A stretch of DNA of 64,000 bases from an uncultured Actinomycetota bacterium (lineage in GTDB: Bacteria > Actinomycetota > Actinomycetes > Propionibacteriales > Nocardioidaceae). The stretch covers positions 96,926 to 160,925 of the forward strand of contig CAWKMT010000005.1 of NCBI GenBank assembly GCA_963850965.1. The letters run 5' to 3'. Positions 26,898 through 36,097 of this stretch are shown in pieces; position 1 is the first letter of the stretch, and each line of letters opens with the position of its first letter. A program made the position numbers and the translations under genes. Under the pieces are notes generated by a model. The model had not been told where the DNA came from, did not search any database, and saw nothing but the letters and a program-made list of their open reading frames with translations.

Positions 26898-29285
26898 TCA
26901 GACCCCCAGACGACGTCGCAGGCCCACGAAGCCGAGGCCCGCGCCCAGGACGACCAGGCCACCGAGGCCACGCGTCCAGTTGCGGGCGCCCTCGCCGTCC
27001 GCGCCGGCGATGTTGAAGGAGTACGCCGTGAGCCCCATCGCCTCGGCAGGAGCACCGTAGGCCATCTTCTCGTCGTCGGCGCGTGCGGCGCCTGCTGCCA
27101 GGACGGCGTAGAGCGCGCCGTAGTCCTGTGCGGTCTCCGTGCCGGCCTCGACCAGCTTCGACATGCCCTCCTTGGAGAGGCGGTCGGCGCCTTCCCCGAT
27201 CGCGGGTGCGCTTCCGGCGGCCTTGCTGAGGCCGTCGGCCAGGAGTCCGGACCCGTCCGCAGCGGCACCGAGCCCGCTGGCGAGCGCTCCGGCACCGTCG
27301 GCGAGCTGACCCGAGCCGTCCTTGGCTGTGCCCGTCCCAGCGGCCAGGTCTCCCGAGCCTGCCGCGAGGTCACCGGCACCGGTGTCGAGCTGACCCAGTC
27401 CGGCAACCAGGTCGGTGGAGCCGGACGCCGCGGCGTTCGCACCGTTGGCGAGCTCGAGGACACCGTTCACGGCGGAGGTGACGCCGGCCTCGAGCTGGTC
27501 GAGCCCGTCGCGGAGCAGCAGCGCACCGCCCTTGAGCTTGGCAGCTCCCACGGTGGCCTTGGTTGCTCCGGCGGAGGCGTCGGTCAGTCCGGCCGTGAGC
27601 AGCCCGGCACCGGGGATGAGCTGGGTGTTCAGCCCGCCGATCGCCGTGCCGAGGCCACCGGAGACCTGAAGCAGGCCGGCGTTGCCCTGGGCGAGGGCGG
27701 CCTTGTTGCCGCGCACCTGCGCGATGATGGCGTCGAGCGTTCCCGCGCAGACCGGTCCGCAGTCGGTGCCCTTGACCGCGGTGAGGCCACCGATCAGCTG
27801 GTCGAGCGAACCGCCCGGCTTCACGGCATCGTTGAGGCCGGCCTGGACCTGGTCCACGCCGCCCTTGGCGCCGACCAGGCCGGGCGTGGCGGGGCTGCCG
27901 TTGCCGAGGAGCTGGCCGAGGCCACCCTCGAGCTGGATGGAGCCGGCCTTGAGCTGTCCCAGACCGGTCTCGAGCTGGTCGAGGCCGTTGAGCAGCGTCC
28001 CCGCCTGAGCGGTCGTGCCGAAGCCGGCGATCAGCTGGTCGACACCCGCCTGCAGGGCGTCGATGCCTGCCGCGGCTGCGGGCAGGCCCGCGGTGGAGTC
28101 GGAGAGCTGGTTCAGCCCACCGGAGATCTGCTGGAGACCGGCCGAGAGCTTCTTCCCGCCGTCGAGCGCAGAGCCCGTGCCGCCCTTGAGCTTCTTGGCC
28201 CCGGCGTCGAGCTGGCCCGCGCCGGCGTCGAGCCTGCCGATGCCGGCGTCGAGGTCACTCGCACCGGCGGCGAGCTTCGCCGAGCCGGGCACCGCGTCGT
28301 CGACGAGGCCGGCCCGGAGCTCGTCGGCTCCGTCGCTGAGCTGGATCAGTCCGGCGAGCAGATCAGCGGCGCCGTCGCGGAGCAGCAACAGGTTGGCGTC
28401 GATCTCGTTGGCTCCGGCGACCAGCTCCTCGCCGGTCTCCGAACCACCCTGGTAGCTGTCGCCGGCGGACTTGAAGGTCGGGCTGTCCAGCGGGTTCACC
28501 GGCAGCGCGGTGATGCTGGCTTCCGGAACGACGCCGTCGGAGATGTTCGCGGTGTAGCCGAAGGTGGCGGTGTCGGAACCCACCGGCGGGAAGAGGGTCA
28601 TCGTGAACGACAGCTTGGTGCCGCCCTGGCCGTCCCCGGCCAGGTTGGCGGTGTCCGAGCGCACGTTCGTGAAGTTCTCCGGGGCGATCGTGGTCAGCGA
28701 GCCGACCATCGGGATCGGCACATCGACGGTCTCGGTGACCGTGCCACCGGACCCGTCGGTGTAGGTGATCTCCCGCGGCGCCGCGGTGACGTTCTTGACC
28801 GTGTACGTCACAGTCAGGGAGCCGGCTGCGCCGACCACGTCGCCCGGCTCGACCTCGGTGCCGTCGAGCAGGTAGTCGACGCCGATCTCGAGGGGCAGGT
28901 CACGCGTGTAGGTGCTGACCGAGCGAACGCGCTGGCTGCCGTCGACATCGACGGTGGTCCGCTGCACGCCGTTGTCGACGTCGAAGCCGCCGAACCCGTC
29001 CAGGTTGCGCAGGCCGGACTCCTCGACCGGGTTCTCGACGGTGACGGATCCGTCACCGGTGAAGCTGAGCTGCTCGTAGACCCGAGCACTCTCGACCGCA
29101 CCGACCGACGACAGGTAGACCGAGACCGTCTCGGTGTTGACGACCTTCACATTGCCCAGCGGTGAAGCACCGGGCGCGGTGCCGGGTGCGGCGCTCGCGG
29201 CGGAGCCGCCCACCATGGCCAGCGCCGCCAACGAAGCGGCGCCGACGAGCAGGGACTTGCGGGACTGGTGCACGGTGACGCTCAT
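26898..29285 (-). CDS. Large secreted, C-terminally anchored protein with X-X-X-Leu-X-X-Gly heptad coiled-coil (YhgE/Pip-like architecture)
   Basis: Signal peptide, beta-rich N domain (NTETVSVYLSSVG), several hundred aa of LxxGxxxL heptads, central CGPVC, C-terminal TM plus RRR. Confidence 0.75.
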   Translation of the reverse strand: MSVTVHQSRKSLLVGAASLAALAMVGGSAASAAPGTAPGASPLGNVKVVNTETVSVYLSSVGAVESARVYEQLSFTGDGSVTVENPVEESGLRNLDGFGGFDVDNGVQRTTVDVDGSQRVRSVSTYTRDLPLEIGVDYLLDGTEVEPGDVVGAAGSLTVTYTVKNVTAAPREITYTDGSGGTVTETVDVPIPMVGSLTTIAPENFTNVRSDTANLAGDGQGGTKLSFTMTLFPPVGSDTATFGYTANISDGVVPEASITALPVNPLDSPTFKSAGDSYQGGSETGEELVAGANEIDANLLLLRDGAADLLAGLIQLSDGADELRAGLVDDAVPGSAKLAAGASDLDAGIGRLDAGAGQLDAGAKKLKGGTGSALDGGKKLSAGLQQISGGLNQLSDSTAGLPAAAAGIDALQAGVDQLIAGFGTTAQAGTLLNGLDQLETGLGQLKAGSIQLEGGLGQLLGNGSPATPGLVGAKGGVDQVQAGLNDAVKPGGSLDQLIGGLTAVKGTDCGPVCAGTLDAIIAQVRGNKAALAQGNAGLLQVSGGLGTAIGGLNTQLIPGAGLLTAGLTDASAGATKATVGAAKLKGGALLLRDGLDQLEAGVTSAVNGVLELANGANAAASGSTDLVAGLGQLDTGAGDLAAGSGDLAAGTGTAKDGSGQLADGAGALASGLGAAADGSGLLADGLSKAAGSAPAIGEGADRLSKEGMSKLVEAGTETAQDYGALYAVLAAGAARADDEKMAYGAPAEAMGLTAYSFNIAGADGEGARNWTRGLGGLVVLGAGLGFVGLRRRLGV

Positions 29286-29836
29286 CGGGCGTCCTCCATC
29301 ATCTGGTCGAGGCTGTCGGAGGAGGTGTGCTTCGCAGGTACCGCGCGAGCACCCCGGTCTGCGGACGCCAGGGCGGCGAGGCAGAAGCCGACGGCCACGG
29401 TGAGCAGCAGGCTGGTGCCGGCGCTGACCGAGGTCTCGAGGATCTCCGTGGGAGCCGCCGAGTAGGTCAGCTCGTAGGCGCCGGCGAGAGCGCCGGCACC
29501 GAGCAGCACCGACCAGAACGGCAGGTTGCCCATGCTCAGGGCGACGGCGCCCGTGCAGAGCAGGATCACCACGACCAGCGCGACCGTGCGACCGGATGCG
29601 GTGTCGGGCAGCAGCGCCGCCCGCAGGAAGTAGCCGACCATCGCGATCGCGAAGCCCGCGAGGAATCCCGCGAGGCGGCGGCCGGTCGTGGCATCGGGCA
29701 CGAGGGCGACGACGGCGCCGAGCGCCAGGCCCAGGAGCACGACCGATGACAGGCCCAGATCAAGGGCCCCGTTGAGCGCGGACATCAGGACCGCGCCTGC
29801 AGCAAGGACGAATCCTGCGAGCAGAGTTCTCTTCAT
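29282..29836 (-). CDS. Multi-TM hypothetical membrane protein
   Basis: About 5-6 TM helices; ATGA overlap couples it to the heptad protein. Confidence 0.75.
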   Translation of the reverse strand: MKRTLLAGFVLAAGAVLMSALNGALDLGLSSVVLLGLALGAVVALVPDATTGRRLAGFLAGFAIAMVGYFLRAALLPDTASGRTVALVVVILLCTGAVALSMGNLPFWSVLLGAGALAGAYELTYSAAPTEILETSVSAGTSLLLTVAVGFCLAALASADRGARAVPAKHTSSDSLDQMMEDAR

Positions 29837-29994
29837 GAATTTGTTTTCCCTCCCCAAAACCCCGGCCCTCCCGGCCAGGTGGCCCTCCTGTGATAGGAGA
29901 GCCGAGAGCACTGTACGCCCGGTCAGTTGGTTTCGGGCATTTCCGCTGGTCGGTACCACGACGACCGCCAGGCGCCCTCCTCTAGGCTCACCGC

Positions 29995-31269
29995 GTGACC
30001 ACGACGACCGGCCCAGCAGCGGCTGACTCCGGCGGCCTGCGTGGGGTGTTTCGCGGGAGCGCGGGTATCGCGGTCGCGATGGCGGTCATGAACGTCGCCA
30101 CCTACGGATTCCAGATGGTGGCTGCCCGCGTGATGGGGCCGGCCGCGTACGGCGCGATCGCCGGTCTGATGGCGCTGATGATGGTGATCGCGGTGGTCCA
30201 GCTCGGACTCCAGGCCACCGCTGCCCGCCGGATCTCGTCCACCCCGCACCACATCGGGCAGATCGAGGACGTCATCCTGCACACCACCTACCGCACGGCC
30301 CTCGGGCTGGGCGCGGTGATGCTGCTCGCCTCTCCTGCCGTGTGGGTGCTGCTGAGACTCGACAGCCTGGCCCCGGCCGTCCTCCTGGCCATCGCGGCTG
30401 TCCCCCTCACGGTCATGGGCGGCCAGGCGGGCATCCTGCAGGGCGAGCGACGCTGGCGGGCCCTCGGGCTGGTCTACCTCGGGATGGGCGTGCCGCGTCT
30501 GGTCATCGGCAGCGGCTTCATCCTGTGGCGCCCCACCGAGACCAGCGCCATGTTCGGCGTCGCGCTGGCCATGTTCGTGCCCGCGGCGATCGGCTGGGTC
30601 TGCCTGCGCCACGGTCGAGCCGCGGGCGAGGTCAGCGACGACCACGCCCTGCGCCCCGTCGGCCGCGAGACGCTGCGCAGCTCGACGGCCCTCCTGGCCT
30701 TCTTCGTCCTCTCGAACGTCGACATCGTGGTCGCCCGCAACGTCCTCGACACCCAGCAGGCCGGCCTCTATGCCGGTGGGCTGATCCTGACCAAGGCGGT
30801 GCTCTTCCTCCCCCAGTTCGTCGTGGTCGTGGCGTTCCCGTCGATGTCGTCGGTCGAGGAACGCCGCAAGGCACTCCTGCACAGCCTCGTGGCGATCGTG
30901 GGTGTGGGCGCCGCCTGCACGCTGGGCGCGCTGGTGCTCTCCGACGTGGCGATGCTCTTCATCGGCGGCGAGCAGTACTCCGGCGTTCAGTCCCGCCTGT
31001 GGGCCTTCGCCGTGCTCGGCACGCTGTTGTCGTCCCTGCAGCTGCTGGTCTACTCGGTGCTGGCCCGCCAGGGCACCCGCTCGACGTACGCCGTCTGGCT
31101 GGGCATCGCGGCCTTCCTCGCGAGCATCGGGTGGCTCTCGTCGCTGGGCCGGCTGCTCACCACGATCACGCTGATCGACGCGGCGCTCTTCGGAGTCCTG
31201 CTCGGACTCAGCCTGTGGCGGATGCCGCGCACCGCGGCACCGACCACCGTGGCGCCCGTTCAGTCCTAG
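29995..31269 (+). CDS. Polysaccharide biosynthesis / oligosaccharide flippase (MOP family)
   Basis: About 12 TM; AARVMGPAAYG, GILQGERRW, AGLYAGGLILTKAVLFLPQ; TAGGCT-N6-GTG. Confidence 0.8.
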   Translation: MTTTTGPAAADSGGLRGVFRGSAGIAVAMAVMNVATYGFQMVAARVMGPAAYGAIAGLMALMMVIAVVQLGLQATAARRISSTPHHIGQIEDVILHTTYRTALGLGAVMLLASPAVWVLLRLDSLAPAVLLAIAAVPLTVMGGQAGILQGERRWRALGLVYLGMGVPRLVIGSGFILWRPTETSAMFGVALAMFVPAAIGWVCLRHGRAAGEVSDDHALRPVGRETLRSSTALLAFFVLSNVDIVVARNVLDTQQAGLYAGGLILTKAVLFLPQFVVVVAFPSMSSVEERRKALLHSLVAIVGVGAACTLGALVLSDVAMLFIGGEQYSGVQSRLWAFAVLGTLLSSLQLLVYSVLARQGTRSTYAVWLGIAAFLASIGWLSSLGRLLTTITLIDAALFGVLLGLSLWRMPRTAAPTTVAPVQS

Positions 31270-33977
31270 TGCGCGGCCTCGTGCCAGCTGTGACCGGTGC
31301 CGACCGAGACGTCGAGGGGAACGGCCAGCGCCGCCGCCGAGCCCATGTGTTCTCGGACCAGGGCCTCCAGGGTCTCCCGCTCCCCCGCGGCCACCTCGAA
31401 CACGAGCTCGTCGTGCACCTGCAGGAGCATCCGGGAGGAGAGCCCGGCCGCACTGATGGCTCGCTGGACATGGAGCATCGCGATCTTGATCAGGTCGGCC
31501 GCCGAGCCCTGGATCGGGGCGTTGAGCGCCATCCGCTCGGCGATCTCCCGGCGCTGGCGGTTGTCGCTGGTGAGGTCGGGGAGGTAGCGACGACGCCCCC
31601 GGATCGTCTCGGTGAACCCCGACAGCCTGGCCTCGTCCACGACACCGGCGAGGTAGTCGCGGATGCCGCCGAAGGTCTCGAAGTACTCGTCCATCAGCCC
31701 GCGCGCCTCGCCCGGCTCGATGCCCAGCTGCTGACCCAGGCCGTAGGCCGAGAGGCCGTAGGCGAGGCCGTAGTTCATCGCCTTGATCTTGGCGCGCATC
31801 TCGACGGTGACGTCGTCCGCGGCGACATCGAAGACGCGGGCCGCCGTGATCGAGTGGAAGTCGCGACCCGACCGGAAGGCCTCGATCAGCACGGCATCCT
31901 CCGAGAGGTGGGCCATGATCCGCATCTCGATCTGGCTGTAGTCGGCGGTCAGCAGGCATTCGTAGCCGGGTCCGACGACGAACCCCTCGCGGATGCGGCG
32001 CCCCTCCTCGGTGCGAACCGGGATGTTCTGGAGGTTCGGGTCGGTGCTCGAGAGGCGCCCGGTCGCGGCGATCAGCTGATTGAAGGTGGTGTGGATGCGC
32101 CCGTCGGAGGCGACGGTCTTGAGCAGCCCCTCGAGGGTCTGGCGCAGCCGGGTGACGTCGCGGTGGCGCAGCAGCGCCAGCAGGAAGGGGTGCTCGGTCT
32201 TGACGTAGAGCTGCTGCAGGGCGTCAGCATCGGTGGTGTAGCCGGTCTTGGTGCGCTTGGTCTTGGGCATGTCGAGCTCGTCGAAGAGGACGACCTGCAG
32301 CTGCTTGGGCGAGCCGAGGTTGATCTCCTTGCCGATCACCGAGAACGCCTCGTCAGCCGCCTTCTTCACCTCGGCGGCGAAGTGGGTCTCCAGCGACTCG
32401 AGGTGCTCCACGTCGACGGCGATGCCGGTGCGCTCCATCTCGGCGAGCAGGTCGACCAGGGGCAGCTCGACCTCGGACAACAGCTCGACGCCACCGTGCT
32501 CCTCGACCGCCACATCGAGGGCTTCGGCGAGATCGAGCACCGCGCGGGCCCGCAACATCGCGGTGTCCCCGGCCCCGGCGTCGCCGCCGTCGAGGGAGTC
32601 GAAGCTGAGCTCGCCCTGCCCGGCGTCCTGCTCCGCCGTGCCCTGGCGCAGCTCGCGCTTGAGGTAGCGCAAGGTGAGGTCGGCCAGGTCGTAGGAACGC
32701 TGATCGGGTCGGACGAGGTAGGCCGCGAGGGCGGTGTCGCTGACCAGCCCGACCAGGGGCCAGCCACGGGCGGCCAGCGCGAGCATCGGCCCCTTGGCGT
32801 CGTGCAGCACCTTGCCGGTCCCGCGATCGCCGAACCAGCTGAGCAACGCTTCGTCGTCCTCGGGCGTGACCTCGGCCGCGTCGAGCCAGGCGGCCGTCCC
32901 GTCCTGGGCGGCCAGGGCCACGGACCACACCTCTCCGCTGCCGGCGCGCCAGGTCCCCTGGACCGACACTCCCGTCCGCTCCCCCGTGCCGTGCTCGGCC
33001 AGCCAGCCCGCGACCTCGCCCGGCGCCAGGCGGGTGCCGACCATCTCGAAGCCCGAGTCGTCGATCTCCTCGACCGACTCCAACGTCTCGAAGAGCCGGT
33101 CGCGCAGGACCCGGAACTCCAGGCTGTCGAAGAGGGTGTGCACCTCGTGGCGGTCCCACGGCTGGATGATCAGCTCGGCCGGCGTCAGCTCCAGCTCGAG
33201 GTCGCACACGAGCGCGTTGAGCCGGCGGTTGCGGATCACGTCGCCCAGGTGCGCGCGGAGGTTCTCGCCTGCCTTGCCGGTGATCTTGTCGGCGTTCGTG
33301 ATGACGTTGTCGAGGCCGTCGTACTGGTTGAGCCACTTGGCCGCGGTCTTGGGGCCGACCCCGGGGATGCCCGGCAGGTTGTCGGAGTCCTCCCCCACGA
33401 GCGCAGCCAGCTCGGGGTAGCGCTGCGGGAGGACGGCGTACTTCGCCTCGACCGCGGCCGGCGTCATCCGGGCCAGATCGGAGACCCCACGCATCGGGTA
33501 GAGCACCGTGGAGTGGTCGGTGACGAGCTGGAGCGAGTCCCGGTCGCCGGTGAGGACCAGGACGTCCATGTCGTCGGCGAGGGCCCGGGTGACGATGGTG
33601 GCGATGATGTCGTCGGCCTCGAAACCCTCCTTCTTCAGGAAGGGGATCCGCAGGGCGTCGAGGACCTCCTCGATCAGCGGCAGTTGGCTGCCGAACTCCT
33701 GGGGGGTCTTGTTGCGCTTCGCTTTGTACTCGGGGTACTCCTCGAGCCGGAACGTCTGGCGCGAGACGTCGAAGGCGACCGCGACGTGCGTGGGCTTCTC
33801 GTCGCGGAGCACGTTGATCAGCATCGAGGTGAAGCCATAGACCGCGTTGGTGTGCTGGCCGGTCGTGGTCGAGAAGTTCTCCACCGGCAGCGCGAAGAAC
33901 GCGCGATAGGCCAAGGAGTGACCGTCGAGCAGGAGCAGGCGCGGGCGCTGGGCGATGGTGGGGGTCACGTCTGGCAC
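31266..33977 (-). CDS. polA: DNA polymerase I
   Basis: LLLDGHSLAYRAFF 5'-3' exonuclease, TGRLSSTDPNLQNIP, ADYSQIEMR, AKIKAMNYGLAYG, LQVHDELVF. Confidence 0.98.
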   Translation of the reverse strand: MPDVTPTIAQRPRLLLLDGHSLAYRAFFALPVENFSTTTGQHTNAVYGFTSMLINVLRDEKPTHVAVAFDVSRQTFRLEEYPEYKAKRNKTPQEFGSQLPLIEEVLDALRIPFLKKEGFEADDIIATIVTRALADDMDVLVLTGDRDSLQLVTDHSTVLYPMRGVSDLARMTPAAVEAKYAVLPQRYPELAALVGEDSDNLPGIPGVGPKTAAKWLNQYDGLDNVITNADKITGKAGENLRAHLGDVIRNRRLNALVCDLELELTPAELIIQPWDRHEVHTLFDSLEFRVLRDRLFETLESVEEIDDSGFEMVGTRLAPGEVAGWLAEHGTGERTGVSVQGTWRAGSGEVWSVALAAQDGTAAWLDAAEVTPEDDEALLSWFGDRGTGKVLHDAKGPMLALAARGWPLVGLVSDTALAAYLVRPDQRSYDLADLTLRYLKRELRQGTAEQDAGQGELSFDSLDGGDAGAGDTAMLRARAVLDLAEALDVAVEEHGGVELLSEVELPLVDLLAEMERTGIAVDVEHLESLETHFAAEVKKAADEAFSVIGKEINLGSPKQLQVVLFDELDMPKTKRTKTGYTTDADALQQLYVKTEHPFLLALLRHRDVTRLRQTLEGLLKTVASDGRIHTTFNQLIAATGRLSSTDPNLQNIPVRTEEGRRIREGFVVGPGYECLLTADYSQIEMRIMAHLSEDAVLIEAFRSGRDFHSITAARVFDVAADDVTVEMRAKIKAMNYGLAYGLSAYGLGQQLGIEPGEARGLMDEYFETFGGIRDYLAGVVDEARLSGFTETIRGRRRYLPDLTSDNRQRREIAERMALNAPIQGSAADLIKIAMLHVQRAISAAGLSSRMLLQVHDELVFEVAAGERETLEALVREHMGSAAALAVPLDVSVGTGHSWHEAAH

Positions 33978-34031
33978 CCGGCGACTCTATCCGCCACCGC
34001 GGACAGGCCGTTCGTCGGCAACAATGAGCCC

Positions 34032-34481
34032 ATGAGCAACGATTCCGCGGTCCCCCCTGCCCTCTCGGTCGACGACGTCGTCAACTCACTGCCGCTGGGC
34101 ATGGGCGCCCTCAACGAGAAGATGGGCATCCAGCTCGTCGAGGTCTCCGCCGAGCGTGTGGTCGGCACCATGCCCGTCGAGGGGAACACCCAGCCCTACG
34201 GCCTGCTGCACGGCGGAGCGTCGGTCGTCCTGGCCGAGTCACTGGGCTCGATGGGCTCGGCGATCCACGCCCACCCGGACAAGATCGCCGTCGGCGTGGA
34301 CATCAACGCCACCCACCACCGGGCCGCCACCGGCGGGACCGTCACCGGGGTCGCCACGGCCATCCACCTGGGTCGCTCGATGGCGACCTACGAGGTCGTG
34401 ATCACCGACGAGCGGGACAAGCGGGTGTGCACCGCGCGGATCACCTGCTCGCTGATCCCCGCCGAGCGTTTCGGGCAGTGA
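34032..34481 (+). CDS. PaaI/hotdog-fold thioesterase
   Basis: NTQPYGLLHGGASVVLAESLGS, VGVDINATHH. Confidence 0.9.
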   Translation: MSNDSAVPPALSVDDVVNSLPLGMGALNEKMGIQLVEVSAERVVGTMPVEGNTQPYGLLHGGASVVLAESLGSMGSAIHAHPDKIAVGVDINATHHRAATGGTVTGVATAIHLGRSMATYEVVITDERDKRVCTARITCSLIPAERFGQ

Positions 34482-34495
34482 CTCAACCGCCCCTG

Positions 34496-34526
34496 CCGCG
34501 ACTCGGCTGACCTGCCGAGTCAGCGG
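34496..34526. terminator. Hairpin between convergent thioesterase and GNAT genes
   Basis: CCGC-GACTCGGC-N6-GCCGAGTC-A-GCGG. Confidence 0.45.
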
Positions 34527-34528
34527 AC

Positions 34529-35104
34529 TCAGCCGGAGAGGCTGCTGCCCTGCGAACGCCGCAGGGAACGCCGGGCAGCCAGCACCTGGGTGAGCTGACG
34601 AGCGTTGCCGCGCTGCCCTGCCGGGCGACGGGCGGCCAGCTGGGCGCGGACGGCATGCGTCGCGGCCACCCGGAGCACCGCCTGGGGACCGAGGGCCAGC
34701 CTGGCCATGAAGCGGTTGGCATCGCGCGAGCTCGACACCGCTGCTGTGGCGATGTGGCCGATGCCGCGCTCCTCGGCGAAGCTCACCGCCGCCTCCATCA
34801 GCGCGACACCGACGCCACGGCGCCGGTAGCGCGGGAGGACGTGGGGCGAGAGCGCCTGGACGGTCGGCTCGAGGTTGAGCTGGGTCATCGTGGTGACCCA
34901 GAGGTGGACGGCACCGGCGACCTCCCCGTCGCACTCCGCGACCACGAGGCGTTGGTCGTCGGCTTCGGCACGGACGATGATCTCGAGGACATCGGAGAGC
35001 TGCTCACGATGGTCGGTCCGGCGCAGGATGTCGGACCACAGCTCCACGAGCACGGGCGCGTCGGAGGGCGCCGCACATCTCAGGGACACCAGTGTTCGGC
35101 TCAT
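34529..35104 (-). CDS. GNAT family N-acetyltransferase
   Basis: VVAECDGEVAG, HVLPRYRRRGVGVALM motif A, ANRFMARL; SD GAGG. Confidence 0.85.
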   Translation of the reverse strand: MSRTLVSLRCAAPSDAPVLVELWSDILRRTDHREQLSDVLEIIVRAEADDQRLVVAECDGEVAGAVHLWVTTMTQLNLEPTVQALSPHVLPRYRRRGVGVALMEAAVSFAEERGIGHIATAAVSSSRDANRFMARLALGPQAVLRVAATHAVRAQLAARRPAGQRGNARQLTQVLAARRSLRRSQGSSLSG

Positions 35105-35214
35105 CGACTCTTCACCTCTCGGGCTGCCGTGCTGTGTTCTCTGACGTGGGTCCCCCGACCGAACTCCAAGGAGCGAGACTACGCTCAGCCTCCCCGGCTT
35201 GTCAGAGGAGTCCC

Positions 35215-35961
35215 GTGATCCCCGGAATCGGCACGGCCGTGAACGTAGCAACGGTCCTGCTCGGCACGAGCGTCGGTGCCGTCCTCGGCAACCGCCTCTC
35301 GACCCGCACCCGCGACGTCGTCACCGATGCCCTGGGGCTCACCACCCTCCTGATCGCCGGGGTCTCGGCGATGGCCGTCCTCGACCCGGAGCTCACCCGG
35401 GCGGTCGGCACCAGTGCCCCGATGCTGATCGTTCTCGGCTCCTTGCTGATCGGCGGGATCGTCGGCTCGATGCTGCGCCTGGAGCAGCGCGTGGAGTCGA
35501 TCGGTGGCTGGCTCCAGTCGCGTCTCTCCGGCGACACCGGCTCGGTGGAGCGGCACCGCTTCATCGAGGGGTTCGTGACCGCCTCCCTGCTCTTCTGCAC
35601 CGGACCGCTGACGATCCTGGGCTCCCTCAACGACGGACTCGGGAACGGCGCCGACCAGCTCCTGCTCAAGTCAGTGCTGGACGGATTCGCAGCAATCGCC
35701 TTCGCCGCCTCCTTCGGTTGGGGCGTGGCCGCGAGTGCGCTGACCGTGCTCACCATCCAGGGCAGCCTCACCGCCGTCGGCTTCGTCCTCGGGGACGTCC
35801 TTCCGGAGGCTCATCTGGCTGCTCTCACCGCGACCGGGGGCCTGCTGTTGGTCGGTGTGGCGCTGCGCCTGCTCCGGATCCGGGAGATCCCGGTGGCCGA
35901 TCTGCTGCCCGCATTGCTGGTCGCACCGGTCCTGGTCCAGTTCTCCACGCTCATTCGTTGA
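35215..35961 (+). CDS. DUF554 family membrane protein
   Basis: GIGTAVNV, FIEGFVTASLLFCTGPLTILGSLNDG, KSVLDGFAA. Confidence 0.9.
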   Translation: MIPGIGTAVNVATVLLGTSVGAVLGNRLSTRTRDVVTDALGLTTLLIAGVSAMAVLDPELTRAVGTSAPMLIVLGSLLIGGIVGSMLRLEQRVESIGGWLQSRLSGDTGSVERHRFIEGFVTASLLFCTGPLTILGSLNDGLGNGADQLLLKSVLDGFAAIAFAASFGWGVAASALTVLTIQGSLTAVGFVLGDVLPEAHLAALTATGGLLLVGVALRLLRIREIPVADLLPALLVAPVLVQFSTLIR

Positions 35962-35962
35962 C

Positions 35963-35978
35963 GTAACGGTTCGCTAAC
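35963..35978 (+). promoter_or_regulatory. Possible GlnR box upstream of the ABC binding protein
   Basis: GTAAC-N6-CTAAC resembles GTnAC-N6-GaAAC. Confidence 0.3.
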
Positions 35979-36097
35979 GACAGGGTGCCCTGTGAGCCAG
36001 CACACCCCCTGCGGTCCTACGGTGACAGGGCTATGCCTCTCCCCTCATGGGGAGCGGCCGCGGAGAAGTGCACCGATGCGACAGAAAGGTTCACCCA

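Noticed and set aside
26481-29165. 894-aa + strand ORF
   Set aside because: Antisense shadow of the heptad-repeat gene
30342-34031. 1379-aa + strand ORF (apart from its last 149 codons)
   Set aside because: Shadow of polA; only the part from ATG 34032 (thioesterase) is credible
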